Under the pieces are notes generated by a model. That model had not been told where the DNA came from. It saw nothing but the letters and a program-made list of their open reading frames with translations, and did not search any database. Below, piece by piece: positions 18,657 to 22,151 of a stretch of DNA of 22,151 bases; positions within the stretch are counted from its first letter, which is position 1, and each line of letters starts with the position of its first letter. Made by a program: the position numbers and the translations under genes. Source of the stretch: Candidatus Methylomirabilota bacterium (lineage in GTDB: Bacteria > Methylomirabilota > Methylomirabilia > Rokubacteriales > CSP1-6); NCBI GenBank assembly GCA_046726415.1, contig JBKPAK010000221.1, forward strand, positions 1 to 22,151. The letters are read 5' to 3'.

Positions 18657-19682
18657 ATGCTCTTCACGACAATCGCCGGTAGCTTGCCGAAGCCCGCGTG
18701 GCTCGCCGCGCCCGAGACGCTGTGGGCGCCGTGGCGACTGCCCTCCGACGAGCTCGCCGCGGGTCAGCGCGACGCCGTCCTGATCGCGCTCAAGGAACAG
18801 GAGGCGGCGGGCATCGACATCGTCACCGACGGCGAGCAGGGGCGCCAGCACTTCGTCCACGGCTTCCTGCGCCGACTTGAGGGCATCGATTTCAGTCGCC
18901 GGGTGACCATCGGGATCCGCGCCGATCGCTACAAGGCCGAGGTGCCCGTCGTGACCGGCCCGGTGTCCCGGCCTGTCCCCGTGCACCTCGACGAGGTGCG
19001 ATGGGCCCGCCGCCACACCGACCGCCGCCTCAAGTTCACCATTCCGGGCCCGATGACCATCGTCGACACCCTCGCCGACGAGCACTACCGCGACCGCGAA
19101 CGCTTGGCCATGCAGTTCGCGCGGATCATCAACGAGGAGGCCCGCGACCTGGTGGCCGTCGGGCTCGACGTACTGCAGCTCGACGAGCCGGCCTTCAACG
19201 TCTACCTCGATGACGTCGAGCGCTGGGGGATCGCCGCGCTGCACCGCGCCATCGAGGGTCTCGCCTGCCGGACCGCTGTGCACATCTGCTACGGCTACGG
19301 CATCAAGGCCAACATCGACTGGAAGGCGACGCTCGGCGGCGAGTGGCGCCAGTACGAGCGGACCTTTCCCCTGCTCGCCCGGAGCCGGATCGATCAGGTC
19401 TCCGTCGAGTGCGCTGGCTCGCGCGTACCGCTGGAGCTGCTCGGGCGGCTCGGCGACAAGGACGTCCTCGTCGGGGTGATCGACGTCGCCACCTCCACCG
19501 TGGAGACGCCGGCCGAGGTGGCGACCACCATCCGGCGGGCGATGGCCCAGGTGCCGCCCGAGCGGCTCTACCCATGCACCAACTGCGGCCTGGTGCCGCT
19601 CCCGCGCGAGGTGGCGCGCGGCAAACTCGCGGCGCTCGGCGCCGGCGCCCGCATCGTCCGGCGCGAACTGGGAGGTTCCTAG
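18657..19682 (+). CDS. Cobalamin-independent 'core' methionine synthase-like protein (Meth_synt_2 domain only; MesD-like)
   Basis: MLFTTIAGSLPKPAWLAAPETLWAPW, DIVTDGEQ, PGPMT, QLDEP. Zn ligands in HICYG, SVEC and TNCG. The segment YGYGIKANIDWK...WRQYE resembles MesD as recalled. 341 aa, with no N-terminal MetE half. True start is ATG 18657. Confidence 0.88.
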   Translation: MLFTTIAGSLPKPAWLAAPETLWAPWRLPSDELAAGQRDAVLIALKEQEAAGIDIVTDGEQGRQHFVHGFLRRLEGIDFSRRVTIGIRADRYKAEVPVVTGPVSRPVPVHLDEVRWARRHTDRRLKFTIPGPMTIVDTLADEHYRDRERLAMQFARIINEEARDLVAVGLDVLQLDEPAFNVYLDDVERWGIAALHRAIEGLACRTAVHICYGYGIKANIDWKATLGGEWRQYERTFPLLARSRIDQVSVECAGSRVPLELLGRLGDKDVLVGVIDVATSTVETPAEVATTIRRAMAQVPPERLYPCTNCGLVPLPREVARGKLAALGAGARIVRRELGGS

Positions 19683-19683
19683 C

Positions 19684-20439
19684 ATGTACGAGGTCCTGGC
19701 CCTCAAGTATGGCGAACGCGACACCACAGCCTGTCAGTTCTTCTACCGCGAGGCGTCGCACGAGAAGATCACCCTCGACTATTTCGTCTGGCTCATCCGG
19801 GGTGGCCCCTATCCGATCCTCGTCGACACGGGCTTCCTGGAGGACGACGCCGAGCACCGCGGCATTCGGAACTACGTGCGCCCGTCGGAGATGGTCGCGC
19901 GCGCCGGCGTGAAGGTGGCCGATCTCCCGGTGGCGCTCGTCACGCACCTGCACTACGACCACTGGGCCGGCCACCGGCTCTTCCCCTCCTCGGAGTTCTG
20001 GATCCAGCGCGACGAAGTGGCATTCTGGACGGGCCGCTATGGTCGCTACGCCGCCTTCGGGCAGTCGATGAATGTCGGCGCGCTGGCCAACCTGACCACC
20101 TTGAACTACGCCAATCGCATCCGCATCATCGAGGGCGAGCACGAGGTCCTGCCGGGCATCCGCGTCCATCGGCTCGGTGGCCACACGGCGGGGTTGCAGA
20201 TCGTCACGGTGGAGACGGCGCGCGGCCGGGTCGTGCTGACCTCGGACGCCTCGCACTTCTACCGCAACGTGGAGCGCTATCAGCCTGTGCAGATCATCAC
20301 GAGCCTGCCCGAGATGCTCGCCGGCTTCGACACGATTCACGCGCTGGCCGGGGCCGAAAAGCTCATCGTCGCCGGCCACGACCCGGAGGTCGCCGAGCGG
20401 TTCAAACCGGCGGAGCCGGGCATCATCCAGATCGCCTGA
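19684..20439 (+). CDS. Metallo-beta-lactamase-fold hydrolase, N-acyl-homoserine-lactonase-like family
   Basis: ILVDTG, THLHYDH (HxHxDH), GGHTAG, TSDASH, AGHDP. Starts after a 1-nt gap following the previous stop. Confidence 0.9.
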   Translation: MYEVLALKYGERDTTACQFFYREASHEKITLDYFVWLIRGGPYPILVDTGFLEDDAEHRGIRNYVRPSEMVARAGVKVADLPVALVTHLHYDHWAGHRLFPSSEFWIQRDEVAFWTGRYGRYAAFGQSMNVGALANLTTLNYANRIRIIEGEHEVLPGIRVHRLGGHTAGLQIVTVETARGRVVLTSDASHFYRNVERYQPVQIITSLPEMLAGFDTIHALAGAEKLIVAGHDPEVAERFKPAEPGIIQIA

Positions 20440-20456
20440 GTGACCCCTCCCAAGGT

Positions 20457-21341
20457 TCAGGCGCGCAGGAAGCGATCCAGCTCCTGGTACGTCTCCTTGG
20501 GAGCCTGCTCTTGCGGATAGTGCCCTGACGGCACCGCGCGCATCCCCACGATGTGGCTGGCGTACTGCGGCCAGGCCTTCCGGGGGTCGAAGTGCTGCTC
20601 CACGTGGCTCTTGTCGCCCCACAGCACCAGCACCGGGCAGGCGACCTTGTGGCCGGCCTCATAGTCGGCGCTGTCCATCTCAAAGTCCAAGGTGGCCGCG
20701 GCCCGGTAGTCCTCGCACACGCCGTGGATCTGCTCGGGCGTGCAGCAGCGGATGTACTCGCCGACCGTCTCCGGCTCGAGCCCACCCTGGCCGTGCATGT
20801 GCTTCTCCAGCTTCTTTCGCATGTAGTACTCGAGATTCTCGGAAAGGAGCCGTTCGGGGAAGTCGTACGGCTGGGCCATGAACATCCAGTGATAGGAGTG
20901 CAGTGCCCAGCCGCGCGGGAACGCGGTCCAGACGTGGTGGGTGGGCACGATGTCAATGGAGGCGAGCTTGAGCACCCGGTCCGGATGATCGAGGGCCATG
21001 CGAAAGGCGGTGCGCGCGCCGCGATCGTGACCCACCACGGAAAACTGGCGGAAGCCGAGCGCCTCCATGACCTCGACCTGATCCTGCCCCATGCGGCGGA
21101 AGGTGTAGTTGCTGTGATCGGGCAGCCCGCGCGGCTTGGAGCTATCGCCGTAGCCGCGCAGGTCGGCCGCCACCACGGTGAAGCGCTCGGCGAGCGCGGG
21201 GGCGATCTTGTGCCAGGTCACGTGGGTGAGCGGATTGCCGTGCAGCAGCAAGAGTCCTGGGCCCTGGCCACCATAGCGCAGGTTGATCCTCACCTGCGGG
21301 TCGCTCGTGGGGATCTGAGTGAGCGTGAAGCCTTCGAACAT
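20457..21341 (-). CDS. Alpha/beta hydrolase, fluoroacetate (haloacetate) dehalogenase-like
   Basis: Start ATG 21341 (MFEGF) with AGGAGG RBS. LLHGNP, DLRGYGDSSKP, GHDRGAR (Asp nucleophile plus two Arg), IDIVPT, YHW, CEDYRA, SGHYPQE. Confidence 0.85.
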   Translation of the reverse strand: MFEGFTLTQIPTSDPQVRINLRYGGQGPGLLLLHGNPLTHVTWHKIAPALAERFTVVAADLRGYGDSSKPRGLPDHSNYTFRRMGQDQVEVMEALGFRQFSVVGHDRGARTAFRMALDHPDRVLKLASIDIVPTHHVWTAFPRGWALHSYHWMFMAQPYDFPERLLSENLEYYMRKKLEKHMHGQGGLEPETVGEYIRCCTPEQIHGVCEDYRAAATLDFEMDSADYEAGHKVACPVLVLWGDKSHVEQHFDPRKAWPQYASHIVGMRAVPSGHYPQEQAPKETYQELDRFLRA

Positions 21342-21477
21342 GCTCCGCCTCCTGTGCGGGCCTCTCCCCGCTCGCTGGCCACATCCTCGGGTCGGTCGCT
21401 GACCGACGAGGGACTTAGGCGATCTGAACACGATCGGTATGCTTTCGGCTACTATCAACGGTGCATCCGGAGGCACG

Positions 21478-22151
21478 ATGCCCGAGCGGCCCAATCTCCT
21501 GGTGATCCTCGTCGACGACCTGCGCTTTGACGAGTTCGGCGCCGGCGGTCACCCCTACCTGAAGACCCCTAACATCGACCGCATCGCGCGAGAGGGGGTA
21601 CTGTGTGCGAACGCCTTTCACACCACGCCGCTCTGCTCGCCGAACCGGGCGTCGATCCTGACCGGTCAGTACGCGAGCCGTCACGGCATCATCGACAACG
21701 TCGCGCGCGACGCCCTGAGCCATCACCTCCCTAACTATCACCGCACCTTGCAGGCGCTCGGATACGAGACCGCGCACATCGGCAAGTGGCACATGGGCAA
21801 CGACGCCAACCCGCGCCCCGGTTATGACCTGTGGGTGAGCTTCAAGGGTCACGGTAGCCTGTTCGATCCGGAGCTGAATGAGAACGGGCAGGATCGCCAA
21901 GCCTCCGGGTACATCACCGATCTCCTGAACGAGCGCGCCGTCGCCTTCATCGAGGCCGGGCACGCGCGCCCCTGGAGCCTGTTCCTGGCCCACAAGGCGG
22001 TGCATCCCGACGCCTACCAGGCGGCCGACGGCACCCTGGATCTCACCCGCAAGGACTACGGCTACAAGCCCGCCCCGCGCCACGCCGATCTCTATCGCGG
22101 CTGCCAGTTCCCGCGCCGGCCGAACATGCGGCCGCCCGAGGAGGTGGTGAA
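21478..22151 (+). CDS. Cys-type formylglycine-dependent sulfatase (3'-truncated; absent from the ORF track)
   Basis: GGAGG RBS. Manually translated and open to the window end: MPERPNLLVILVDDLR, TPNIDRIAREG, LCSPNRASILTG (CxPxR), IGKWHMG, HKAVH. No signal peptide. Confidence 0.93.
   Translation, partial: MPERPNLLVILVDDLRFDEFGAGGHPYLKTPNIDRIAREGVLCANAFHTTPLCSPNRASILTGQYASRHGIIDNVARDALSHHLPNYHRTLQALGYETAHIGKWHMGNDANPRPGYDLWVSFKGHGSLFDPELNENGQDRQASGYITDLLNERAVAFIEAGHARPWSLFLAHKAVHPDAYQAADGTLDLTRKDYGYKPAPRHADLYRGCQFPRRPNMRPPEEVV

Noticed and set aside
18468..19682. Full-length metE call and the track start at 18468
   Set aside because: Only the catalytic half is present. The extension overlaps the divergent VOC gene and the promoter.

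Overview
GC-rich bacterial chromosomal segment with no mobile element, CRISPR array, tRNA or rRNA. The gene style and the intergenic repeat recall Candidatus Rokubacteria/Methylomirabilota, but that assignment is from memory and unverified. In order, the window holds: (1) a 5'-truncated NarX/DesK-type histidine kinase with HEAT-like helical repeats, coupled to a NarL/LuxR-type regulator; (2) a minus-strand sufB-C-D-S-U-T Fe-S assembly operon with an IscR/Rrf2-like box over its putative -35, no adjacent regulator gene, and a tandem 62-bp structured repeat between sufU and sufT; (3) a patatin-like lipoprotein and a metal-dependent amidohydrolase; (4) a family-5 ABC binding protein (Tat signal) with two permeases and no ATPases; (5) a complete TRAP transporter; (6) a VOC protein; (7) a MesD-like 'core' methionine synthase with no adjacent mesX, tightly coupled to a lactonase-type MBL hydrolase; (8) a fluoroacetate dehalogenase-like hydrolase; (9) a 3'-truncated Cys-type sulfatase that the ORF track missed. 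The best leads for new biology are the MesD-like/lactonase pair, the HEAT-repeat kinase with a non-canonical H-box, and the G.A-tandem hairpin repeat. None is established as a new system from sequence alone.
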